This document shows positions 48,322 through 55,955 of a stretch of 64,000 bases of DNA, piece after piece. Each line of letters opens with the position of its first letter. The stretch's first letter is position 1. The position numbers and the translations under genes were made by a program. The notes under the pieces were generated by a model that was given only the letters and a program-made list of their open reading frames with translations, was not told the origin of the DNA and did not search any database. The DNA lies in assembly GCA_033813635.1 (NCBI GenBank), contig JAPXRI010000009.1, positions 2,858 through 66,857 on the forward strand, read 5' to 3'. This stretch comes from Bacillota bacterium (GTDB lineage Bacteria > Bacillota > Clostridia > Oscillospirales > QAMX01).

Positions 48322-48693
48322 ATGAAGCGTATTAAAAAAGGCGACATATGTCTGGCCGCCGCCGTGGTCCTGCTCGCGGCGGCGCTTTTTGCCGCGTCTT
48401 TTTTCGTGAACCAAAGCTCGGACGGCCGCTTCGCTGAGGTTCGCGTCAACGGCGCCGTTGTCGCCGCGCTTCCCCTCGGTATGGACACCGACTTCGACAC
48501 AAACGAGGGGGTTTTGGTCCGCGTCGAGAGAGGTAAGGTTTTCGTCGCCGAAGCCGACTGCCCGGACAGGCTCTGCGTCAGGCAGGGGGCGATCGGGAGG
48601 CCCGGACAGATGATCGTCTGCCTTCCGAACAAGGTGGCCGTCAAAATCATCTCCGACAGAGACGAAAGCAAGGGGGTGGATGCGGTTGCGTAG
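48322..48693 (+). CDS. NusG domain II-containing membrane-anchored protein
   Basis: 123 aa. TM anchor plus C-terminal CPDRLCVRQGAIGRPGQMIVCLPNKVAVKI, typical of this family. Confidence 0.7.
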   Translation: MKRIKKGDICLAAAVVLLAAALFAASFFVNQSSDGRFAEVRVNGAVVAALPLGMDTDFDTNEGVLVRVERGKVFVAEADCPDRLCVRQGAIGRPGQMIVCLPNKVAVKIISDRDESKGVDAVA

Positions 48694-49192
48694 CTTTTTC
48701 TGCGCCCGTAAAATCGCGACGCTCTCGGTGCTCACGGCCCTCGCCCTCGTGGTATCCTGGCTCGAAAAGCCGCTTATCGCGGCGCTCCCGCTGCCGCTCC
48801 CCGGCTTTAAGCTCGGGCTCTCGAATATCGTGACCCTTTTCGCGCTGTACCGGCTCGGGCCTAAGGAATCCGGGCTTGTGCTATTTCTCCGCATCGCGCT
48901 CGGCGCGCTGCTGTTCGGGACCCCCGTATCCTTCGTGCTGAGCCTTTCCGGCGGACTGGTCTCCTTTGCCGCGGCGGTTCTGCTCTACCGCCGGGAGAGC
49001 GTCTCCGCCCTCGGCGTCGGGACCGCGGCTTCGGCCTGCCATATGCTCGGCCAGATTACCGCCGCCGCCTTCATCCTCGCGACTCCCGCCCTCTTTTTGT
49101 CCTATCTCCCCTGGCTATTGCTTCTATCCGTGCCGACAGGCCTGCTGACCGGCTCCGTTGCCGGCAGCCTTGTCAAACGGGTAAGACTTTAG
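48680..49192 (+). CDS. Gx transporter family protein (Hpre_diP_synt_I-like membrane protein)
   Basis: 170 aa. LPLPGFKLGLSNIVTLFALY motif. Overlaps the preceding gene by 14 nt. Confidence 0.7.
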   Translation: MRLRSFFCARKIATLSVLTALALVVSWLEKPLIAALPLPLPGFKLGLSNIVTLFALYRLGPKESGLVLFLRIALGALLFGTPVSFVLSLSGGLVSFAAAVLLYRRESVSALGVGTAASACHMLGQITAAAFILATPALFLSYLPWLLLLSVPTGLLTGSVAGSLVKRVRL

Positions 49193-49237
49193 ATTATTAA
49201 ATTATAAGGGGGTGATCCGCCCGGGGTTAAATGGAAT

Positions 49238-49270
49238 AAAAAACGGTCCCTGCGGGGAAAGCCGTTTTTT
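49238..49270 (+). terminator. Intrinsic terminator closing the rnf-linked operon
   Basis: AAAAAACGG-TCCC..GGGA-..CCGTTTTTT hairpin with a T6 run. Confidence 0.65.
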
Positions 49271-49297
49271 GACATGGTATTTCGGATATGCTATGAT
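49269..49297 (+). promoter_or_regulatory. Near-consensus sigma-A promoter for queT
   Basis: TTGACA (49269-74), 17 nt spacer, TATGAT (49292-97). Confidence 0.55.
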
Positions 49298-49419
49298 TGC
49301 GCCCGCAAAGCGTTTCTTATGCGCAATGGGACAGACAGGCCTTCGCGGCTTAAGCGTTTCGCTTTATATCCGGACCGGTCAGACCGCCGCCGCACGCGGC
49401 GTGAATTATTTTCCAATAC

Positions 49420-49465
49420 GGTGAGCTTTCTGCTTTTCCTCACCGACAACAAAACTAAAAGGAGT
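49420..49465 (+). ncRNA. Candidate preQ1-class riboswitch aptamer overlapping the queT Shine-Dalgarno
   Basis: P1 GGTGAG / CTCACC (49420-25 / 49439-44), then an A-rich tail GACAACAAAACTAAAAGGAG resembling the preQ1-I ..AAAAAACUA.. tail. Loop CUUUU can pair with AAAAG of the SD. Sits directly upstream of a QueT-family gene. Confidence 0.5.
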
Positions 49466-49470
49466 AAAAA

Positions 49471-49953
49471 ATGAAAAAAGTCCGTCTCTTATTTATCACC
49501 CGCGGGGCAATCATCGCCGCGCTCTACGTCGCGCTCACCTTCATCTCGAACGCTCTGGGCCTTGCGAGCGGGGTCATTCAGCTCCGCCTCTCCGAAGCGC
49601 TCGCCGTTCTGCCGTTTTTCACGCCGGCGGCAATCCCCGGGCTGTTTGTCGGCTGCGCCCTCTCCAATCTGCTGACCGGCTGCGCGCCCTGGGACGTGCT
49701 CTTCGGGAGCATCGCGACGCTTCTCGGCGCGGTCGGCGCGTACCTGCTCCGCGGAAATAAATGGCTTGTCCCCGTCCCGACAATCGTATCGAACACTCTG
49801 ATCATCCCGTTCATCCTCTCCTATGTCTACGGCGCGGAGGGCACAATCCCGTTTTTTATGCTGACCGTCGGCTTGGGTGAGCTGATATCCTGCGGCGTGT
49901 TCGGAATGCTTCTGCTGACCGTCCTTAAACGCTATCAGAGATTTCTCTTTTAA
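49471..49953 (+). CDS. queT: QueT family queuosine-precursor transporter (ECF S-component-like)
   Basis: 160 aa with 5 TM segments. ITRGAIIAALYVALTFI....IQLRLSEAL..LPFFT motif. Confidence 0.8.
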   Translation: MKKVRLLFITRGAIIAALYVALTFISNALGLASGVIQLRLSEALAVLPFFTPAAIPGLFVGCALSNLLTGCAPWDVLFGSIATLLGAVGAYLLRGNKWLVPVPTIVSNTLIIPFILSYVYGAEGTIPFFMLTVGLGELISCGVFGMLLLTVLKRYQRFLF

Positions 49954-49988
49954 GCCTTAAGGCAACATAATGCTTTGCGAAAACATCG

Positions 49989-50030
49989 GGGCTGTCGCGC
50001 AGTGCCTTAACGCATTACGCGACAGCCCCA
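49989..50030. terminator. Long hairpin between convergent genes
   Basis: 12-bp stem GGGGCTGTCGCG / CGCGACAGCCCC with an 18-nt loop and weak U tracts. Confidence 0.4.
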
Positions 50031-50057
50031 TTATGCGCCGTCAAAGCGGTTTTCGCT

Positions 50058-51803
50058 TTAGTCGTTTGGTATCCTGACCACGGCATGGGCCGCGACATAG
50101 ACGTCCGCGAAAGCCGATACGTCAAACGCTTTCCCGACGGGAGCGTTCATTTTTCCGGGCGCGCTCTGGTACTTCACAGCACCTTTTTTGTCTATCTTGT
50201 ACGGGAGGGGCTTATCCCCGATCCACAGATGGGTCTCGATAATTTCTATCCCGACGAACGGTTTATAGGTCACGGTGACATGCGCTCCCGCGTACTCCAC
50301 ATGCACGTGGCCTACAAGCATTCCCTTATTCGGATCGTTTTGCCCCGCGCCGGCATAGAGCGGGTAATCATAGATCCCTGGCTTTATCGGCCCGTTGCTC
50401 CACCCCCAGTTGCTGGAATTCGTATAATCGTTGTTTTCATGGTTCCCGTAAGCCCAGGCGGTTTCTTCGTGAAAACCGCAGCTGTTCCGCGTGTTCATGA
50501 AATCGTAGTCCGGCGCGCAATCGTCCTTGCCGGACGCGCCCTCGGGCAGGGTGACAATGTGCTTACCGTCCCCCGCCGGGTAAAGCTGCGTCCAGCCGGT
50601 TCTCTTTTCCTCCGATACCCGGTAGACGCCGTCGCTGAGCCCGCCAAAGCAGTATCCGCCATTTGCGTCGGTAATTGTCCTCGCGACCTCGGTCCAGGTA
50701 TCCGTTCCGCTCTGCTTTTCAAGTATGATCGTAAACCCGGCCAGCGGCTTCCGTTCGGCGTCGTACTTCGTACCGCGAATCGAATAGGCTGTTATCTTCA
50801 CATTCCTGAAGTCATAGCGCCCGGGCGACTCCTCGGGCAGCGTCACATAGTGCATCCCGTCGCCGCCCGGATAAACCTGGCTCCACGGGGCCTCGGCGTA
50901 CTCCTTGATACGATAATCCCCCGCGGGCAGATCGCTGAAAACGTACAGCCCGTCTGTGCCGGTCAGCGTGGATTTAAACGATATCCATTCGCTCCCCTTA
51001 AGGTACTCAAGGTAGATCGGCCAGCCGTTTATCGGTTCGCCGGTGGCGCCGTTGTATTTATACCCGCGGAGCTGATAGCTTTCGCGCGGCTCCAGAGGGA
51101 TATTCGTCGTAGCCGTAAAACCGGACTCCGACGTGCGGCGTTTGGCGAAGAACAGGTCAAGGCCGTATCTGCCGCCCTCCGTAAGCCCGAGGCGGTCGAG
51201 GTCGACGGAAACAGCCCGCTCCGCGTCACCGCCCAAATCTATTACCAGCCGGTTGTCTATATATACCCAGACGTCGTCGCCCCCCGCGCAGCTGAAGGTC
51301 TGGCCAGCTTTGTAGGTGAATGCCGCATGCATCTCCATTGTGAAGTTGTAGTTGTGGGAAAGCCCGTCGTTTCCCAGCAGCTGATTGTCGAGAGGGAAAA
51401 AGCCCGGGCCGTCGAAGGTGTAGCTGCCCGCGGCGCTATCGTACAGGAAGGCAATGCTGCCGGGCGCGGAGACGTTGTATGAATAGGCGTCGTTGAACCA
51501 CATGCTGAAATAGACGTCGCCGTGCGTGGTCGGATTGCCGGTCTGCCCGGCGTATACCGGCTTCAAGTCCGCGCCCAGATATGAAAGGACTATTCCCGTG
51601 TCGGCAGTATCGGAATCCACGCCGAAATCGGGGTGCGCCTGATAACCGTCCGCCCCGTCCTAGTCCGCGCCGTGAAAATCCCGATAGGTCACCGGCAGTT
51701 CGACTGCCCCGGGCGATTCTGCGTAAGTCTTCGCCGCGGGATAAAGCGCAAACATCAGAATTAATGCCATGAACGCGCAGATGCTTCTTTTTAGTGCCAT
51801 CAT
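50058..51803 (-). pseudogene. Secreted fibro-slime/PA14-like protein with two Cna-B/SdrD-B-like repeats, interrupted by one in-frame TAG
   Basis: Signal peptide MMALKRSICAFMALILMFALYPAAKTYA, then ...VTYRDFHGAD-TAG(51662-51660)-DGADGYQAHPDFGVDS... in the same frame. Repeats have the form Y.(L/I)RG.KY....P..G..I.LE... GGAGG RBS before ATG at 51803/51800. Confidence 0.7.
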
Positions 51804-52078
51804 TAAACCTCCATTCAAACCTCTGCTATAACTGAAATCACCGTTCTCATCCGTTTCCGCTTGCAAAAAAAATCCGCTTCGCAGGCCGGCCGCGGTCCAA
51901 AACGCCGATTATTATTTTACCGCCGGAATAAAACCAAAGCTGTCATATGCTGTCGTACAAAAATACCTCTCATAAAAATAAAAAATGCATAAAACGCCCG
52001 TTTAGCGAATATATGGATTTCGCCCCTAGTATCCGGATAAAACCGGCACGGATTTTTCCGGAGCATTCCGCGAACTAA

Positions 52079-52107
52079 TTGACTTTTTCATACGGCAGTC
52101 GTATGAT
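52079..52107 (+). promoter_or_regulatory. Near-consensus sigma-A promoter for the glycyl-radical enzyme gene
   Basis: TTGACT (52079-84), 17 nt spacer, TATGAT (52102-07). Confidence 0.55.
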
Positions 52108-52149
52108 ATGCGTGAATTGAAATCTACTACAATAATAAGCGGTGATTCC

Positions 52150-54279
52150 ATGTCGTTTTCGTTTCCTTCCGCTTCCTGTCCGCGCCCGGTCAGGCTGTCC
52201 GAGCGCACCCGCGAGTTTGCGCGCGAATCCCTTTCCGGAAAATACGGCCGCGCCCTGAAGGCTACACCCTTCGTCCCGCTGGACGATATTCCTGGCTTCG
52301 AGGCCCTTTCGCCCTATGACAAATACGACGCGGCGATCACGAGAATAGCGGAGACCGCGCCCGTCCGGATTGCTCCGGGGGAGCTTATCAGCGGCAGCGC
52401 GACGCTTATCGAAGCTGTGCACCATGTCGTCCCAGGGTTTTTCGGCGGCAAAGCCCTGTTTTCAAGCGTCAGCCATCTGACCTGCGACTTCGCGCGGGTT
52501 CTCCGCGAGGGCGCCGACGGCTTTTTAGACGAGATCAACGCCCGCCTCGCCCTCCCCGCAGACGCCGAACAACAGCGGTTTCTCAAATCGCTGCTTAACG
52601 TCTACGAAGCGCTGAAAATCTGGCATGGCCGCTATATCTCCGCCCTCGAAGCTCTCGCTGGGGACCGGAGCGGGACAGCTTACGAGACAAACCTTGAAAA
52701 TCTGAGAAGCGTGCCCTTTTCCCCTCCCCGGAGCTTTGCGGAAGCGCTCCAGAGCCTTTGGTTCACCTTCGCGTTCATCCGCCTCTGCGGCAACTGGCCT
52801 GGCATAGGCCGGCTTGACGAAATGCTCGGGCCGTTCCTCGAAAAGGATCTAGCGTCCGGGAAAATTACTGAGGACATGGCCAGAGAATACCTCGCCCACT
52901 TTTTCATCAAGGGCTGCGAGTGGGTGACCCTCGACAACGTAGGCAGCGGCGACGCCCAGCATTACCAGAATATCGTCCTCGCCGGGGTCGACGGGGACGG
53001 AGAGCCGGTGACCGGAACGGTGACGCGGCTGATTTTGGAGGTTCTCGAGGAGCTGCCCATCTCCGACTTTCCTGTAGCCGTGAGGCTCTCTCCGGACTCG
53101 CCCGAATGGCTTACCGAGGCGATGGCCCGGGTTATCCGCCACGGTGGCGGCGTAGTCGCGGCCTACAACGAGCCGTTGATCATCGACAGCCTCACCGGTT
53201 TCGGCTACCCGCTGCGCGAGGCCAGGGAGTTCGCGAACGACGGCTGCTGGGAGGTGCAGATCCCGGGCATGACCTGTTTTACATACCGGCCCTTTGACGC
53301 CCACCGCCTGCTTTTGAACGACGTGCTAGGCCTTAACGAAAAAGGCCCCGAAAACCGGCGCTACGAGAGCTACGACGAGATATACAACGAATACCTGAAA
53401 TGCCTCGACCGGAGCATCGACGAGTTCCACTCCTCCGCGGACGGTTTCGGCAAAGATAAAACGCCCTGCTCGGTGGTCTCGTTTTTCGAGACCGGCTGCG
53501 CGCAGAGCGCCCGATCGTACCTCGACGGCGGCCCCGTCTATACCTGCCTTTCCCCGCATCCCGGCGGGCTACCCGACGCGGTGAACAGTCTATACGCGAT
53601 AAAAAAGCTGGTTTTTAACGAAAAGCGGATAACTTTGGACGAATTTCTATCCGTTTTAAAGCGCAACTGGGAGGGCAGCGAGCCCCTCCGCAGGTATGTC
53701 AGAACCGCTTACAGCTACTACGGCAATGACAACCCGGAAGTCGACGAAATCATGAACGGGATTTTGTCCCACTATATCGCCTATGCCCGGCGCGTAAAGG
53801 AGCGCGCCGGCGTCAAGCGCCCGCCCGGGATATCCACCTTCGGCAGGCAGATTGAGTGGCGAAACGACCGCACGGCCTCTCCCCACGGCTTTTTTTCCGG
53901 CGACATCCTTTCCGGGAACCTCTCGCCCACGCCGTCTACCGATAAAAACGGCCCGACCGCGGTTATCCGCTCGCACTGCTCGGCCGATTTTTCCGGCCTG
54001 ACCTGCGGCACCGCGCTCGACATGAAGCTTGACCCCTCCGCGGTCCAAGGCCCGGCGGGCATAGAGGCAATCCGCTCGCTTCTGACCGGCTTTGTTACGC
54101 TGGGCGGCTTCTTCATACAGATCGACGTCGTGGACGCCGCCGTACTGGAGGACGCACAGAAACACCCCGAGAATTACCAGAATCTCGCCGTGCGTGTCTC
54201 CGGCTGGTCCGCCCGCTTTATCACCCTTGATAAAAACTGGCAGCGGATGATCATCGAGAGGGCTAAGAGCAGCCGCTAA
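52150..54279 (+). CDS. Glycyl radical enzyme, PFL2/eliminase-like, substrate unknown
   Basis: C-terminal glycyl radical motif NLAVRVSGWSARFITL. Cys loop NDGCWEVQ (G-C-x-E). GRE-type segments DSLYAIKKLVF-like (NSLYAIKKLVFNEKRITLDEF) and YYGNDNPEVDEI. About 709 aa from ATG at 52150. Confidence 0.8.
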   Translation: MSFSFPSASCPRPVRLSERTREFARESLSGKYGRALKATPFVPLDDIPGFEALSPYDKYDAAITRIAETAPVRIAPGELISGSATLIEAVHHVVPGFFGGKALFSSVSHLTCDFARVLREGADGFLDEINARLALPADAEQQRFLKSLLNVYEALKIWHGRYISALEALAGDRSGTAYETNLENLRSVPFSPPRSFAEALQSLWFTFAFIRLCGNWPGIGRLDEMLGPFLEKDLASGKITEDMAREYLAHFFIKGCEWVTLDNVGSGDAQHYQNIVLAGVDGDGEPVTGTVTRLILEVLEELPISDFPVAVRLSPDSPEWLTEAMARVIRHGGGVVAAYNEPLIIDSLTGFGYPLREAREFANDGCWEVQIPGMTCFTYRPFDAHRLLLNDVLGLNEKGPENRRYESYDEIYNEYLKCLDRSIDEFHSSADGFGKDKTPCSVVSFFETGCAQSARSYLDGGPVYTCLSPHPGGLPDAVNSLYAIKKLVFNEKRITLDEFLSVLKRNWEGSEPLRRYVRTAYSYYGNDNPEVDEIMNGILSHYIAYARRVKERAGVKRPPGISTFGRQIEWRNDRTASPHGFFSGDILSGNLSPTPSTDKNGPTAVIRSHCSADFSGLTCGTALDMKLDPSAVQGPAGIEAIRSLLTGFVTLGGFFIQIDVVDAAVLEDAQKHPENYQNLAVRVSGWSARFITLDKNWQRMIIERAKSSR

Positions 54280-54303
54280 AGCTATTAAAAAAATCCAAAC
54301 AAA

Positions 54304-54338
54304 AGCTGCCGCAAAACGAAACGCGTTTTGCGGCAGCT
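54304..54338. terminator. Bidirectional terminator
   Basis: 15-bp stem AGCTGCCGCAAAACG / CGTTTTGCGGCAGCT, with an A-run before and CTTTTT after. Confidence 0.75.
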
Positions 54339-54342
54339 CTTT

Positions 54343-55773
54343 TTAGTATTGCTTGAAAACCCTGTCAAGCTCGGCCTGGATCAGCGGAGCAAATGTCTCC
54401 GCCGCCTGAGCCGGCGACATCGATCCCTCGTAGACGCTCTTGTAGAAGTTTCTCCGGGTGATCTCGTACATTTCGTCGCTGCATTTGGCGATATTCAGCA
54501 TGCCGTAGGGCAGCAGGTATTTCGTCAGCACCTGATAGGAATCCACGCAGTTCAGCGTTTCCTGCAGGTATTTGGCGTACTCCTCGTCGTCGTGCACCCT
54601 CCTGCCCAGCTCGTTTAATGTGCGCGCGGCTGTGTCCCACCGTTTGACCGATTTGGGCATGCAGTAGACGTCGACGTCGACAAAGTTCATTGTGTAATGC
54701 TGCGTATCCGGCCCCCTCGGGATCGGCAGCAGCCCGACCTCATCGTCCATAATCGCCGTGCCGGCGTCGACCCCGTCATAGCCGTAATTCGGCCCGTACA
54801 GACCGGCAAACGCGGCCTTCCCGCTGTAGAACAGCGCGCGGCGGGCCACCCTGCCCAGCGTAGCCTCGCCGGTCAGCGGTGGCGAGAGCTTGCCGTTCGC
54901 GTTCAGCGCCGCCATATAGGTAAGCGCGGTGATGATTTTCTGGTCGTTGCAGTTGGCCTTCCACTTCTTAACGTCGCTGTCATAGGTTATCGGTCCGGTG
55001 TCGTTAGACCATATCTCGTTTCCGTCGCAGTCCAGCGCGATGCCCCAGATGTCCGTAACGCCGTCGTTGTTTGTATCCTGCGTGGCCACCGTCGCAATCT
55101 CGATCATCTTATCGTATGTCCAGTTGTAGTTGTAGACGAGACTGAACATCGATTCCGGGCTGTAGCCCACCGACGCGAGAATTTCCTTGTTAAACGCGTA
55201 GGTATGCCCGAAAGCCATCTGTTCGTATTTGCCGGACATGTCGACGCCCCAGCAATGCGACTCACCGCCCTGGCGAAGATAAGTAAGCCTGGTATAGGGC
55301 TGGTAAAAGCAGTCCGAATCGCCGACATCAAGCCCGGCCTGCTTCATCCCGTCCGTCTCCAGCGGGTAAAGCATATTGTTGACGGCGAGCGGGATCCATG
55401 TTGACTGGCGCACCCTGACAATATCCGCGATTTTCACCCCGGAAATCACGGAGGCCGAAAGCGCGGCGTAATCTGCGTTTGCCGGGCTGAAGGATATTTT
55501 GACGCTGCACAGCTCCTCAACCTCCGACAATATTTCAGCGAGCTCTTCCGCCTCCGATGTCCCCTCGCGGTTTGCCGGGTTAAGTCTGGTCGAGCCCGCG
55601 ATCACAAACTGATACCGCTCGCCTGGAAACGACGTTATCAGCATAGAGACGGTTGATGTCTCCCCCGCCGTCGTTTGGCCCGCCGGCGTTTTCTTGTTTT
55701 CCAGGCAGCCGCCGAGCATCGACGCGGTTGTTAAAACCGCGAGGAAAAGCAATAGAAGCCTTATTTTTTTCAT
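54343..55773 (-). CDS. Orphan ABC-type solute-binding lipoprotein (paralog 1)
   Basis: Lipobox MLGGCLENK. 476 aa. Shares motifs with the next gene (CFYQPYT.L, NWTYDKMIEIA, GIALDC, KWKAN, DSYQVLTKYLLP). Confidence 0.75.
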   Translation of the reverse strand: MKKIRLLLLFLAVLTTASMLGGCLENKKTPAGQTTAGETSTVSMLITSFPGERYQFVIAGSTRLNPANREGTSEAEELAEILSEVEELCSVKISFSPANADYAALSASVISGVKIADIVRVRQSTWIPLAVNNMLYPLETDGMKQAGLDVGDSDCFYQPYTRLTYLRQGGESHCWGVDMSGKYEQMAFGHTYAFNKEILASVGYSPESMFSLVYNYNWTYDKMIEIATVATQDTNNDGVTDIWGIALDCDGNEIWSNDTGPITYDSDVKKWKANCNDQKIITALTYMAALNANGKLSPPLTGEATLGRVARRALFYSGKAAFAGLYGPNYGYDGVDAGTAIMDDEVGLLPIPRGPDTQHYTMNFVDVDVYCMPKSVKRWDTAARTLNELGRRVHDDEEYAKYLQETLNCVDSYQVLTKYLLPYGMLNIAKCSDEMYEITRRNFYKSVYEGSMSPAQAAETFAPLIQAELDRVFKQY

Positions 55774-55856
55774 TTCACTTCTCCCCGCCGCAGCTTCTTT
55801 TAAATAAATCTACCCCGAAGGCCGCGGTCATCCGGAATCACACCGTAACTCAGATA

Positions 55857-55885
55857 ATAATACATTTTCTTTTCGCATTTTGCAA
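55857..55885 (-). promoter_or_regulatory. Candidate promoter for SBP paralog 1
   Basis: Minus strand TTGCAA (55885-80), 17 nt spacer, TATTAT (55862-57). Confidence 0.35.
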
Positions 55886-55955
55886 TATGTTTATCCGTTG
55901 CCGCGAAAAAACTGTTGAATTTTCAATGCGGGATTCCCCGGCCCCGGGGCGGTGT

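Noticed and set aside
49212-49474. Small ORFs (70 and 66 aa) in the queT leader.
   Set aside because: They run through the terminator, the promoter and the riboswitch-like element. They have no RBS and Arg-rich odd composition. The region is better explained as regulatory RNA.
51660-51662. Pyrrolysine or other recoding of the in-frame TAG.
   Set aside because: No pylT/pylS/pylBCD-like genes are in the window. TAG terminates other genes normally, for example the methyltransferase at 690-692. A nonsense mutation or sequencing error is more parsimonious.
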